Source of the DNA: Squalus acanthias
Taxonomy: Eukaryota
NCBI GenBank assembly: GCA_030390025.1
Contig: JASTWF010000033.1
Span: 3,722,001-3,786,000 of the forward strand
Reading direction: 5' to 3'
Length of the DNA: 64,000 nt
Positions within the stretch are counted from its first letter, which is position 1, and every line of letters begins with the position of its first letter. Of this stretch, positions 28,701 to 40,600 are shown in pieces. The position numbers and the translations under genes were made by a program. The notes under the pieces were generated by a model that worked only from the letters and a program-made list of their open reading frames with translations, searched no databases and was not told where the DNA came from.

Positions 28701-29534
28701 TTTACCAGTCCCAGGGGATTGACCAGTCCCGGGGGTTTGACCAGTCCAGGGGGTTTGACCTGTCCAGAGGTTGTGACCTGTCCCGGGGGTTTGACCAGTC
28801 CCGGGGGTTTGACCTGTCCCGGGGGTGTGATCTCTCCCGGGGGTTTGACCAGTCCCGGGGTTTTGACCGTTCCAGGGGGTTTGACCAATCGGGGGGTTTG
28901 ACCAGTCCCGGGGGTTTGACCTATCCCGGGCGTGTGACCTGTCCCGGGGGTGTGACCAGTCTCGGGGGGGTGACCAGTCCTGGGGGTTTGAACTGTCCTG
29001 CGGGTTAGACCAGTCCCGGGGTTTTGACCAGTCCAGGGGTTAGACCAGCCCCGGATGTTTGACCAGTCCTGGGGGTATGGCCTGTCCCGGGGGTTTGACC
29101 GGTCCCGGGGGTTTGACCGGTCCCGGGGTTTTGACTAGTCCCGGGGGTTTGACCAGTCCCGGGGGTTTGTCCTGTCCCGGGGTGTGACCTGTCCCGGGGG
29201 TGTGACCATTCCCGGGGGTGGGACCTGTACCGGGGGTTTGACCTGTCCTGGGGGTGTGACCTGTCCCGGGTGTGTGACCAGTCCCCGGGGTTTGACCAGT
29301 CCCGGGGGTTTGTCCTGTCCCGGGGTGTGACCTGTCCCGGGGGTGTGACCATTCCCGGGGGTGGGACCTGTACCGGGGGTTTGACCTGTCCTGGGGGTGT
29401 GACCTGTCCCGGGTGTGTGACCAGTCCCCGGGGTGTGACCTGTCCCGGGGGTTGGACCGGTCCCGGGGGTTTGACCATTCCCGGGGGTTTGACCAGTACT
29501 GGGGGATAGAACATTCCCGGGTTTTTAACCAGTC

Positions 29535-32500
29535 CTGGGGCTTTGACCGGTCCTGGGGTTCGTGGCAGTACCCGGGGGTTTGACCGGTCCCGGGGGGTTT
29601 GAACTGTCCCGGGGGTATAAACGGTCCCGGGGGGTTGACCGGTCCCGGGGGTTTGACTGCTCCCAGGGTGTTTGACCAGTCCCAGGGGGTTTGACCAGTC
29701 CCAGGGGATTGACCAGTCCCGGGGGTTTGACCGGTCCTGGGGGTGTTACCATTCCCGGGTGATTGACCAGTCCTGGAGGTTTGACGGGTCCTGGGGGGGT
29801 TTGACCAGTCCCGGAGGTGTGACCAGTCCCGGGGGTTTGATGGGTCCTGGGGGTTTTGACCAGTCCCGGGTGTTTCACCGGTCCTGGGGTTTTGACCAGT
29901 CCCGGGGGTTTGACGAGTCTCGGGGTTTGACCAGTTCAGGGGGTTTGACCGGTCCCGAGGGATGGACCGGTCCCGGGGGTTTGACCAGACCTGGGGTTTT
30001 GACCAGTCCCGGGGGCTTGACCAGTCCCGGGGGTTTGACCAGTCCCGGGGGTTTGACCAGTCCCAGGGGTTTCACCAGTCCCGGGGGTTTGACCGGTCCC
30101 AAGGGATGGACCGGTCCCGTAGTTTTGACAGGTCCCGGGGGTTTGACCAGTCCCGGGCGATTGACCAGTCCCGGGGGTTTGACCGGTCCCAGGGGTTTGA
30201 CCGGTCCAGCCGGTTTGACTAGTCCTGGGGGTGTGACCTGTCCCGGGGGTTTGACCGGTCCAGGGGGTTTGACTAGTCCTGGGGGTGTGACCTGTCCCGG
30301 GGGTTTGACCGGTCCAGGGGGTTTGACCAGTCACAGGGGATTGACCAGTACCGGGGGTTTGACCGGTCCCGGGGGTGTGACCAGTCCTGGGGGTATTACC
30401 ATTCCCGGGGGATTGACCAGTCCTGGAGGTTTGACGGGTCCTGGGGGGTTTGACCAGTCCCGGGGGTTTGACCAGTCCCGTGGGTTTGATGGTTCCTGGG
30501 AGGTTTGACCAGTCCCGGGAGTTTGACCGGTCCCGGGGTTTTGACCAGTCCCGGGGGTTTGACCAGTTCAGGGGGTTTGACCGGTCCCGAGGGATGGACC
30601 GGTCCCGGTGGTTTGACCAGACCCGGGGTTTTACCCAGTCCCGGGGGTTTGACGAGTCCCGGGGGTTTGACCAGTCCCGGTGGTTTGAACCGTCCCGGGG
30701 GTTTGACCAGTCCCGGGGGTTTGACCGGACCCGAGGGATGGACCAGTCCCGGGGGTTTGACCTGTCCCGGGGGTGTGACATTTCCTGGAGGCGTGACCAG
30801 TCCCGGGAGATTGACCTGTCCCGGGGGTGTGACCTGTCCCGGGGGTTTGACCTGTCCTGGGGGTGTGACCTGTCCCGGGGGTGTGACCAGTCTCGGGGGG
30901 GTGACCAGTCCCGGGGGTTTGAACTGTCCTGCGGGTTAGACCAGTCCCGGGGTTTTGACCAGTCCAGGGGTTAGACCAGCCCCGGATGTTTGACCAGTCC
31001 TGGGGGTATGGCCTGTCCCGGGGTTTGACCTGTCCTGGGGGTGTGACCTGTCCCGGGGGTGTGACCAGTCTCGGGGGGGTGACCAGTCCCGGGGGTTTGA
31101 ACTGTCCTGCGGGTTAGACCAGTCCCGGGGGTTTGACCGGTCCCGGGGTTTTGACTAGTCCCGGGGGTTTGACCAGTCCCGGGGGTTTGTCCTGTCCCGG
31201 GGTGTGACCTGTCCCGGGGGTGTGACCATTCCCGGGGGTGGGACCTGTACCGGGGGTTTGACCTGTCCTGGGGGTGTGACCTGTCCCGGGGGTGTGACCA
31301 GTCCCCGGGGTGTGACCTGTCCCGGGGGTTGGACCGGTCCCGGGGGTTTGACCATTCCCGGGGGTGTCACCAGTCCCGGGGGTGTGACCTGTCCCGGGGG
31401 TTTGACCAGTACTGGGGGATAGAACATTCCCGGGTTTTTAACCAGTCCAGGGGTTTGACCGGCCCCGGTAGTTTGACCAGTCCTGGGGGTGTGACCTGTC
31501 CCGGGGGTTTGACATGTCCAAGGTGTTTGACCGGTCCCTGAGGGTTGTCTGGTACCTGAGCTTTGACCGGTCCTGGGATTTGTGGCAGCACCCTGGGGTT
31601 TGACCGGTCACGGGGGGTTTGAACTGTCCCGGGGGTTTGACAGGTCCCGGGGGGTTGACCGGTCCCGGGGGTTTGACTGCTCCCAGGGGGTTTGACAAGT
31701 CGCGGGGTTTTGACCAGTCCCAGGGGATTGACCAGTCCCGGGGGTTTGACCTTTCCCGGGGGTGTGACCAGTCCCGGGGGTGTGACCATTCCCGGGGGAT
31801 TGACCAGTCCTGGAGGTTTGACGGGTCCTGGGGGGTATGACCAGTCCCGGGGGTGTGACCATTCCCGTGGGTTTGATGGGTCCTGGGGGGTTTGACCAGT
31901 CCCGGGTGTTTGACCGGCCACGGGGGTTTGAACAGTCCCGGGGGTTTGACCGGTCCCTGTGGTTTGACCGGTCCCGAGGGATGGACCCGTCCCGGGGGAT
32001 TGACCGATCCCGGGGTTTGACCAGTCCCGGGCGTTTGACCGGTCCCGGGGTTTGACCGGTCCCGGGGGTTTGACCGTGCCCGGGGGTTTGACCGTGCCCG
32101 GGGGATTGACCAGTCCCGGAGTTTTGACGGGTCCTGGGGGATTGACCAGTTCTTGGGGTGTGACCAGTCCCGGGGGTTTGACCTGTCCCGGGGGTTTGAC
32201 CTGTCACGGGGGTTTGACCTTTCCCGGGGGTTTGACCTGTCCTGGGGTTGTGACCGGTCCCGGGGTTTGACAAGTCCCAGGGGTTTGACCAGTCCCGGGG
32301 GTTTGACCAGTCCCGGGGGTTTGACCTTTCCCGGGGGTTTGACCTGTCCCGGGGTTTTGACCGGTCCCGGGGGTTCGAGCTGACCTGGGGATTTGACCGG
32401 TCCCGGGGGTGTGACCTGTCCCGGGGGTCTGACCTGTCCTGGGGGTGTGACCAGTTTTGGGGTTTTGACAGGTCCCGGGGGTTTGACCAGTCCCGGGCGT

Positions 32501-35500
32501 TTGAAGGGTCCCGGGGTTTGACCGGTCCCGGTTGTTTGACCGGTCCCAGGTCTTGACCGGTTCCGGGGGTTTGTCCGTGCCCGGGGGTTTGACCGTTCCC
32601 GGGGGATTGACCAGTCCCGGAGGTTTGATGGGTCCTGGGGGTTTGACCAGTTCTGGGGGTGTGACCAGTCCCGGGGGTTTGACCTGTCACGGGGGTTTGA
32701 CCTGTCACGGGGGTTTGACCTGTCCCGGGGGTTTGACCTGTCCTGGTGTTGTGACCGGTCCCGGGGTTTGACCAGTCCCGGGGGTTTAACCAGTCCCGGG
32801 GGTTTGACCAGTCCCGGAGGTTTGACCTGTCCCGGGGGTTTGACCTGTCCCGGGGGTTCGACCTGACCTGGGGGTTTCACCGGTCCCGGGGGTGTGACCT
32901 GTCACGGGGGTGTGACCTGTCCCTGGGGTGTGAAAAGTCCTGGGGGTTTGACAGGTCCCGGGGGTTTGACCAGTCCCGGGGGTTTGACCAGTCCCAGGGG
33001 ATTGACCTTTCCCGGGGGTTTGACCAGTCCCGGGGGTTTGACCAGTCCCGGGGGGTTTTACCGGTCCCGGGGGTTTGACCAGCCCAGGGGATTGACCAGT
33101 CCCGGGGGTTTTACCTGTCCTGGGGGTTTGACCAGTCCTAGGGGATTACCCAGTCCCGGGGGTTATCACTAGTCCCGGGGGTTTGACCAGTCCTGGGGGT
33201 TTGACCAGTCCCGGGGGTTTGACCGGTCCCGGGGGTTTGACCAGTCCCGGGGGTTTGACCGTTCCCGGGGGTTTGACCGGTCCCTGGGGTTTGACCGTTC
33301 CCGGGGTTTTGACCACTCCTGGGGGTTTGACCTGTCCCGGGGGTGTGACCAGTCCCGGGGGTTTGACCAGTCCTGGGGGTTTGTCCGGCCCCGGAAGTTT
33401 GAACTGTCCTGGGGGTGTGACCTGTCCCGGGGGTTTGACCGGTCCAGGGGGTTTGACCGGTCCCTGGGGGTTGTCCGGTTCTGGGGCTTTGACCGGTCCT
33501 GGGGTTCGTGGCAGTACCCGGGGGTTTGACCGGTCCCGGGGGGTTTGAACTGTCCCGGGGGTATAAACGGTCCCGGGGGGTTGACCGGTCCCGGGGGTTT
33601 GACTGCTCCCAGGGGGTTTGACCAGTCCCGGGGGTTTGACCAGTCCCAGGGGATTGACCAGTCCCGGGGGTTTGACCGGTCCCGGGGGTGTGACCAGTCC
33701 TGGGGGTGTTACCATTCCCGGGTGATTGACCAGTCCTGGAGGTTTGACGGGTCCTGGGGGGGTTTGACCAGTCCCGGAGGTGTGACCAGTCCCGGGGGTT
33801 TGATGGGTCCTGGGGGTTTTGACCAGTCCCGGGTGTTTCACCGGTCCTGGGGTTTTGACCAGTCCCGGGGGTTTGACGAGTCTCGGGGTTTGACCAGTTC
33901 AGGGGGTTTGACCGGTCCCGAGGGATGGACCGGTCCCGGGGGTTTGACCAGACCTGGGGTTTTGACCAGTCCCGGGGGCTTGACCAGTCCCGGGGGTTTG
34001 ACCAGTCCCGGGGGTTTGACCAGTCCCAGGGGTTTCACCAGTCCCGGGGGTTTGACCGGTCCCAAGGGATGGACCGGTCCCGTAGTTTTGACAGGTCCCG
34101 GGGGTTTGACCAGTCCCGGGCGATTGACCAGTCCCGGGGGTTTGACCGGTCCCAGGGGTTTGACCGGTCCAGCCGGTTTGACTAGTCCTGGGGGTGTGAC
34201 CTGTCCCGGGGGTTTGACCGGTCCAGGGGGTTTGACTAGTCCTGGGGGTGTGACCTGTCCCGGGGGTTTGACCGGTCCAGGGGGTTTGACCAGTCACAGG
34301 GGATTGACCAGTACCGGGGGTTTGACCGGTCCCGGGGGGGTGACCAGTCCTGGGGGTATTACCATTCCCGGGGGATTGACCAGTCCTGGAGGTTTGACGG
34401 GTCCTGGGGGGTTTGACCAGTCCCGGGGGTTTGACCAGTCCCGTGGGTTTGATGGTTCCTGGGAGGTTTGACCAGTCCCGGGAGTTTGACCGGTCCCGGG
34501 GTTTTGACCAGTCCCGGGGGTTTGACCAGTTCAGGGGGTTTGACCGGTCCCGAGGGATGGACCGGTCCCGGTGGTTTGACCAGACCCGGGGTTTTACCCA
34601 GTCCCGGGGGTTTGACGAGTCCCGGGGGTTTGACCAGTCCCGGTGGTTTGAACCGTCCCGGGGGTTTGACCAGTCCCGGGGGTTTGACCGGACCCGAGGG
34701 ATGGACCAGTCCCGGGGGTTTGACCTGTCCCGGGGGTGTGACATTTCCTGGAGGCGTGACCAGTCCCGGGAGATTGACCTGTCCCGGGGGTGTGACCTGT
34801 CCCGGGGGTTTGACCTGTCCTGGGGGTGTGACCTGTCCCGGGGGTGTGACCAGTCTCGGGGGGGTGACCAGTCCCGGGGGTTTGAACTGTCCTGCGGGTT
34901 AGACCAGTCCCGGGGTTTTGACCAGTCCAGGGGTTAGACCAGCCCCGGATGTTTGACCAGTCCTGGGGGTATGGCCTGTCCCGGGGTTTGACCTGTCCTG
35001 GGGGTGTGACCTGTCCCGGGGGTGTGACCAGTCTCGGGGGGGTGACCAGTCCCGGGGGTTTGAACTGTCCTGCGGGTTAGACCAGTCCCGGGGGTTTGAC
35101 CGGTCCCGGGGTTTTGACTAGTCCCGGGGGTTTGACCAGTCCCGGGGGTTTGTCCTGTCCCGGGGTGTGACCTGTCCCGGGGGTGTGACCATTCCCGGGG
35201 GTGGGACCTGTACCGGGGGTTTGACCTGTCCTGGGGGTGTGACCTGTCCCGGGGGTGTGACCAGTCCCCGGGGTGTGACCTGTCCCGGGGGTTGGACCGG
35301 TCCCGGGGGTTTGACCATTCCCGGGGGTGTCACCAGTCCCGGGGGTGTGACCTGTCCCGGGGTTTGACCAGTACTGGGGGATAGAACATTCCCGGGTTTT
35401 TAACCAGTCCAGGGGTTTGACCGGCCCCGGTAGTTTGACCAGTCCTGGGGGTGTGACCTGTCCCGGGGGTTTGACATGTCCAAGGTGTTTGACCGGTCCC

Positions 35501-37612
35501 TGACGGTTGTCTGGTACCTGAGCTTTGACCGGTCCTGGGATTTGTGGCAGCACCCTGGGGTTTGACCGGTCACGGGGGGTTTGAACTGTCCCGGGGGTTT
35601 GACAGGTCCCGGGGGGTTGACCGCTCCCGGGGGTTTGACTGCTCCCAGGGGGTTTGACAAGTCGCGGGGTTTTGACCAGTCCCAGGGGATTGACCAGTCC
35701 CGGGGGTTTGACCTTTCCCGGGGGTGTGACCAGTCCCGGGGGTGTGACCATTCCCGGGGGATTGACCAGTCCTGGAGGTTTGACGGGTCCTGGGGGGTAT
35801 GACCAGTCCCGGGGGTGTGACCATTCCCGTGGGTTTGATGGGTCCTGGGGGGTTTGACCAGTCCCGGGTGTTTGACCGGCCACGGGGGTTTGAACAGTCC
35901 CGGGGGTTTGACCGGTCCCTGTGGTTTGACCGGTCCCGAGGGATGGACCCGTCCCGGGGGATTGACCGGTCCCCGGGGTTTGACCAGTCCCGGGCGTTTG
36001 ACCGGTCCCGGGGTTTGACCGGTCCCGGGGGTTTGACCGTGCCCGGGGGTTTGACCGTGCCCGGGGGATTGACCAGTCCCGGAGTTTTGACGGGTCCTGG
36101 GGGATTGACCAGTTCTTGGGGTGTGACCAGTCCCGGGGGTTTAACCTGTCCCGGCGGTTTGAACTGTCACGGGGGTTTGACCTTTCCCGGGGGTTTGACC
36201 TGTCCTGGGGTTGTGACCGGTCCCGGGGTTTGACAAGTCCCAGGGGTTTGACCAGTCCCGGGGGTTTGACCAGTCCCGGGGGTTTGACCTTTCCCGGGGG
36301 TTTGACCTGTCCCGGGGTTTTGACCGGTCCCGGGGGTTCGAGCTGACCTGGGGATTTGACCGGTCCCGGGGGTGTGACCTGTCCCGGGGGTCTGACCTGT
36401 CCCGGGGGTGTGACCAGTTTTGGGGTTTTCACAGGTCCCGGGGGTTTGACCAGTCCCGGGCGTTTGAAGGGTCCCGGGGTTTGACCGGTCCCGGTTGTTT
36501 GACCGGTCCCAGGTCTTGACCGGTTCCGGGGGTTTGTCCGTGCCCGGGGGTTTGACCGTTCCCGGGGGATTGACCAGTCCCGGAGGTTTGATGGGTCCTG
36601 GGGGTTTGACCAGTTCTGGGGGTGTGACCAGTCCCGGGGGTTTGACCTGTCACGGGGGTTTGACCTGTCACGGGGGTTTGACCTGTCCCGGGGGTTTGAC
36701 CTGTCCTGGTGTTGTGACCGGTCCCGGGGTTTGACCAGTCCCGGGGGTTTAACCAGTCCCGGGGGTTTGACCAGTCCCGGAGGTTTGACCTGTCCCGGGG
36801 GTTTGACCAGTCCCGGGGGTTTGACCTGACCTGGGGGTTTCACCGGTCCCGGGGGTGTGACCTGTCACGGGGGTGTGACCTGTCCCTGGGGTGTGAAAAG
36901 TCCTGGTGGTTTGACAGGTCCCGGGGGTTTGACCAGTCCCGGGGGTTTGACCAGTCCCAGGGGATTGACCTTTCCCGGGGGTTTGACCAGTCCCGGGGGT
37001 TTGACCAGTCCCGGGGGGTTTTACCGGTCCCGGGGGTTTGACCAGCCCAGGGGATTGACCAGTCCCGGGGGTTTTACCTGTCCTGGGGGTTTGACCAGTC
37101 CTAGGGGATTACCCAGTCCCGGGGGTTATCACTAGTCCCGGGGGTTTGACCAGTCCTGGGGGTTTGACCAGTCCCGGGGGTTTGACCGGTCCCGGGGGTT
37201 TGACCAGTCCCGGGGGTTTGACCGTTCCCGGGGGTTTGACCGGTCCCTGGGGTTTGACCGGTCTCGGGGTTTTGACCACTCCTGGGGGTTTGACCTGTCC
37301 CGGGGGTGTGACCAGTCCCGGGGGTTTGACCAGTCCTGGGGGTTTGTCCGGCCCCGGAAGTTTGAACTGTCCTGGGGGTGTGACCTGTCCCGGGGGTTTG
37401 ACCGGTCCAGGGGGTTTGACCGGTCCCTGGGGGTTGTCCGGTTCTGGGGCTTTGACCGGTCCTGGGGTTCGTGGCAGTACCCGGGGGTTTGACCGGTCCC
37501 GGGGGGTTTGAACTGTCCCGGGGGTATAAACGGTCCCGGGGGGTTGACCGGTCCCGGGGGTTTGACTGCTCCCAGGGGGTTTGACCAGTCCCGGGGGTTT
37601 GACCAGTCCCAG
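29535..37612 (+). repeat. Near-identical tandem higher-order duplication, period about 3963 bp (about 220 monomers); boundaries approximate
   Basis: Nearly identical conceptual ORFs recur at offset 3963: 29936/33899, 30450/34413, 32894/36857, 33183/37146. Confidence 0.9.
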
Positions 37613-40600
37613 GGGTGTGACCTGTCCCGGGGGTTTGACCGGTCCAGGGGGTTTGACCAGTCCCAGGGGATTGACCAGTACCGGGGGTTTGACCGGTCCC
37701 GGGGGTGTGACCAGTCCTGGGGGTATTACCATTCCCGGGGGATTGACCAGTCCTGGAGGTTTGACGGGTCCTGGGGGGTTTGACCAGTCCCGGGGGTTTG
37801 ACCAGTCCCGTGGGTTTGATGGTTCCTGGGAGGTTTGACCAGTCCCGAGAGTTTGACCGGTCCCGGGGTTTTGACCAGTCCCGGGGGTTTGACCAGTTCA
37901 GGGGGTTTGACCGGTCCCGAGGGATGGACCGGTCCCGGTGGTTTGACCAGACCCGGGGTTTTACCCAGTCCCGGGGGTTTGAACAGTCCCGGGGGTTTGA
38001 CCAGTCCCGGTGGTTTGAACCGTCCCGGGGGTTTGACCAGTCCCGGGGGTTTGACCGGACCCGAGGGATGGACCAGTCCCGGGGGTTTGACCTGTCCCGG
38101 GGGTGTGACATTTCCCGGAGGCGTGACCAGTCCCGGGGGATTGACCTGTCCCGGGGGTGTGACCTGTCCCGGGGGTTTGACCTGTCCTGGGGGTGTGACC
38201 TGTCCCGGGGGTGTGACCAGTCTCGGGGGGGTGACCAGTCCCGGGGGTTTGAACTGTCCTGCGGGTTAGACCAGTCCTGGGGTTTTGAACAGTCCAGGGG
38301 TTTGACCAGCCCCGGATATTTGACCAGTCCTGGGGGTTTGACCTGTCCCGGGGGTTTGACAGGTCCCGGGGGTTTGACTGGTCCCGGGGGGTTGACCAGT
38401 CCCGGGGGTTTGACCAGTCCCGGGGGTTTGACCTGTCCCGGGTGTGTGACCTGTCCCGGGGGTGTGACCAGTCCCAGGGGTTTGACCGGTCCAGGGTGTT
38501 TGACCAATCGAGGGGTTTGACCAGTCCCGGTGGTTTGACCTGTCACGGGGGTGTGACCTGTCCCGGGTGTGTGACCAGTCTCGGGGGGGTGACCGTCCCG
38601 GGGGTTTGAACTGTCCTGCGGGTTAGACCAGTCCCGGGGTTCTGACCAGTCCAGGGGTTTGACAAGCCCCGGATGTTTGACCAGTCCTGGGGGTTTGAAC
38701 TGTCCTGCGGGTTAGACCAGTCCCGGGGTTTTGAACAGTCCAGGGGTTTGACCAGCCCCGGATATTTGACCAGTCCTGGGGGTTTGACCTGTCCCGGGGG
38801 TTTGACAGGTCCCGGGGGTTTGACTGGTCCCGGGGGGTTGACCAGTCCCGGGGGTTTGACCAGTCCCGGGGGTTTGACCTGTCCCGGGTGTGTGACCTGT
38901 CCCGGGGGTGTGACCAGTCCCAGGGGTTTGACCGGTCCAGGGTGTTTGACCAATCGAGGGGTTTGACCAGTCCCGGTGGTTTGACCTGTCACGGGGGTGT
39001 GACCTGTCCCGGGTGTGTGACCAGTCTCGGGGGGGTGACCGTCCCGGGGGTTTGAACTGTCCTGCGGGTTAGACCAGTCCCGGGGTTCTGACCAGTCCAG
39101 GGGTTTGACAAGCCCCGGATGTTTGACCAGTCCTGGGGGTTTGACCGTGCCCGGGGGTTTGACCATTCCCGGGGGGTTTTACCGGTCCCGGGGGTTTGAC
39201 CAGCCCAGGGGATTGACCAGTCCCGGGGGTTTTACCTGTCCTGGGGGTTTGACCAGTCCTAGGGGATTACCCAGTCCCGGGGGTTTTCACTAGTCCCGGG
39301 GGTTTGACCAGTCCTGGGGGTTTGACCAATCCCGGGGGTTTGACCGGTCCCGGGGTTTTGACCGTTCCCGGGGGTTTGACCGGTCCCGGGGGTTTGACCG
39401 GTCCCGGGGGTTTGACCGGTCCCGGGGTTTTGACCACTCCCGGGGGTTCGACCTGTCCTGGGGGTGTGACCAGTCCCGGGGGTTTGACCAGTCCTGGGGG
39501 TTAGACCAGTCCCGGGGTTTTGACCAGTCCAGGGGTTTGTCCGGCCCCGGAAGTTTGAACTGTCCTGGGGGTGTGACCTGTCCCGGGGGTTTGACCGGTC
39601 CAGGGGGTTTGACCGGTCCCTGGGGGTTGTCCGGTTCTGGGGCTTTGACCGGTCCTGGGGTTCGTGGCAGCACCCGGGGGTTTGACCGGTCCCAGGGCGT
39701 TTGAACGGTCCCAGGGGTATAAACGGTCCCGGGGGTTTGACTGGTCCCGGGGGTTTGACTGCTCCCAGGGTTTTGACCAGTCCCGGGGGTTTGACCAGTC
39801 CCAGGGGATTGACCAGTCCCGGGGATTTGACCGGTCCCGGGGGTGTGACCAGTCCTGGGGGTGCTACCATTCCCGGGTGATTGACCAGTCCTGGAGGTTT
39901 GACGGGTCCTGGGGGGGTTTGACCAGTCCCGGGGGTGTGACCAGTCCAGGGGTTTTGACCAATCCCGGGGGTTTGACCAGTCTCGGGGTTTGACCAGTTC
40001 AGGGGATTTGACCGGTCCCGAGGGATGGACCGGTCCCGGGGGTTTGACCAGAACCGGGGTTTTGACCAGTCCCGTGGGTTTGACCAGTCCCGGGGGTTTG
40101 ACCAGTCCCGGGGTTTTGACCAGTCCTGGGGGTTTGACCGGTCCCGAGGGATGGACCGGTCCCATAGTTTTGACAGGTCCCGGGGGATTGACCAGTCCCG
40201 GGCGATTGCCCAGTCCCGGGGGTTTGACCGGTCCAGGGGGATTGACTAGTCCTGGGGATGTGACCTGTCCCGGGGGTTTGACCGGTCCAGGGGGTTTGAC
40301 CGGTCCCGGGGGGTTTGAACGGTCCCGGGGGATAACCGGTCCCGGGGGTTTGACCAGCCCCGGATGTTAGACCAGTTCCGGGGTTTTGACCAATCCAGGG
40401 GTTTGACCGGCCCCGGAAGTTTGAAAAGTCCTGGGGGTGTGACCTGTCCCAGGGGATTGACCAGTCCCGGGGGTGTTACCATTCCCGGGTGATTGACCAG
40501 TCCTGGAGGTTTGACGGGTCCTGCTGGGTTTGACCAGTCCCGGGGGTGTGACCAGTCCCGGGGGTTTGATGGGTCCTGAGGTTTTTGACCAGACCCGGGT

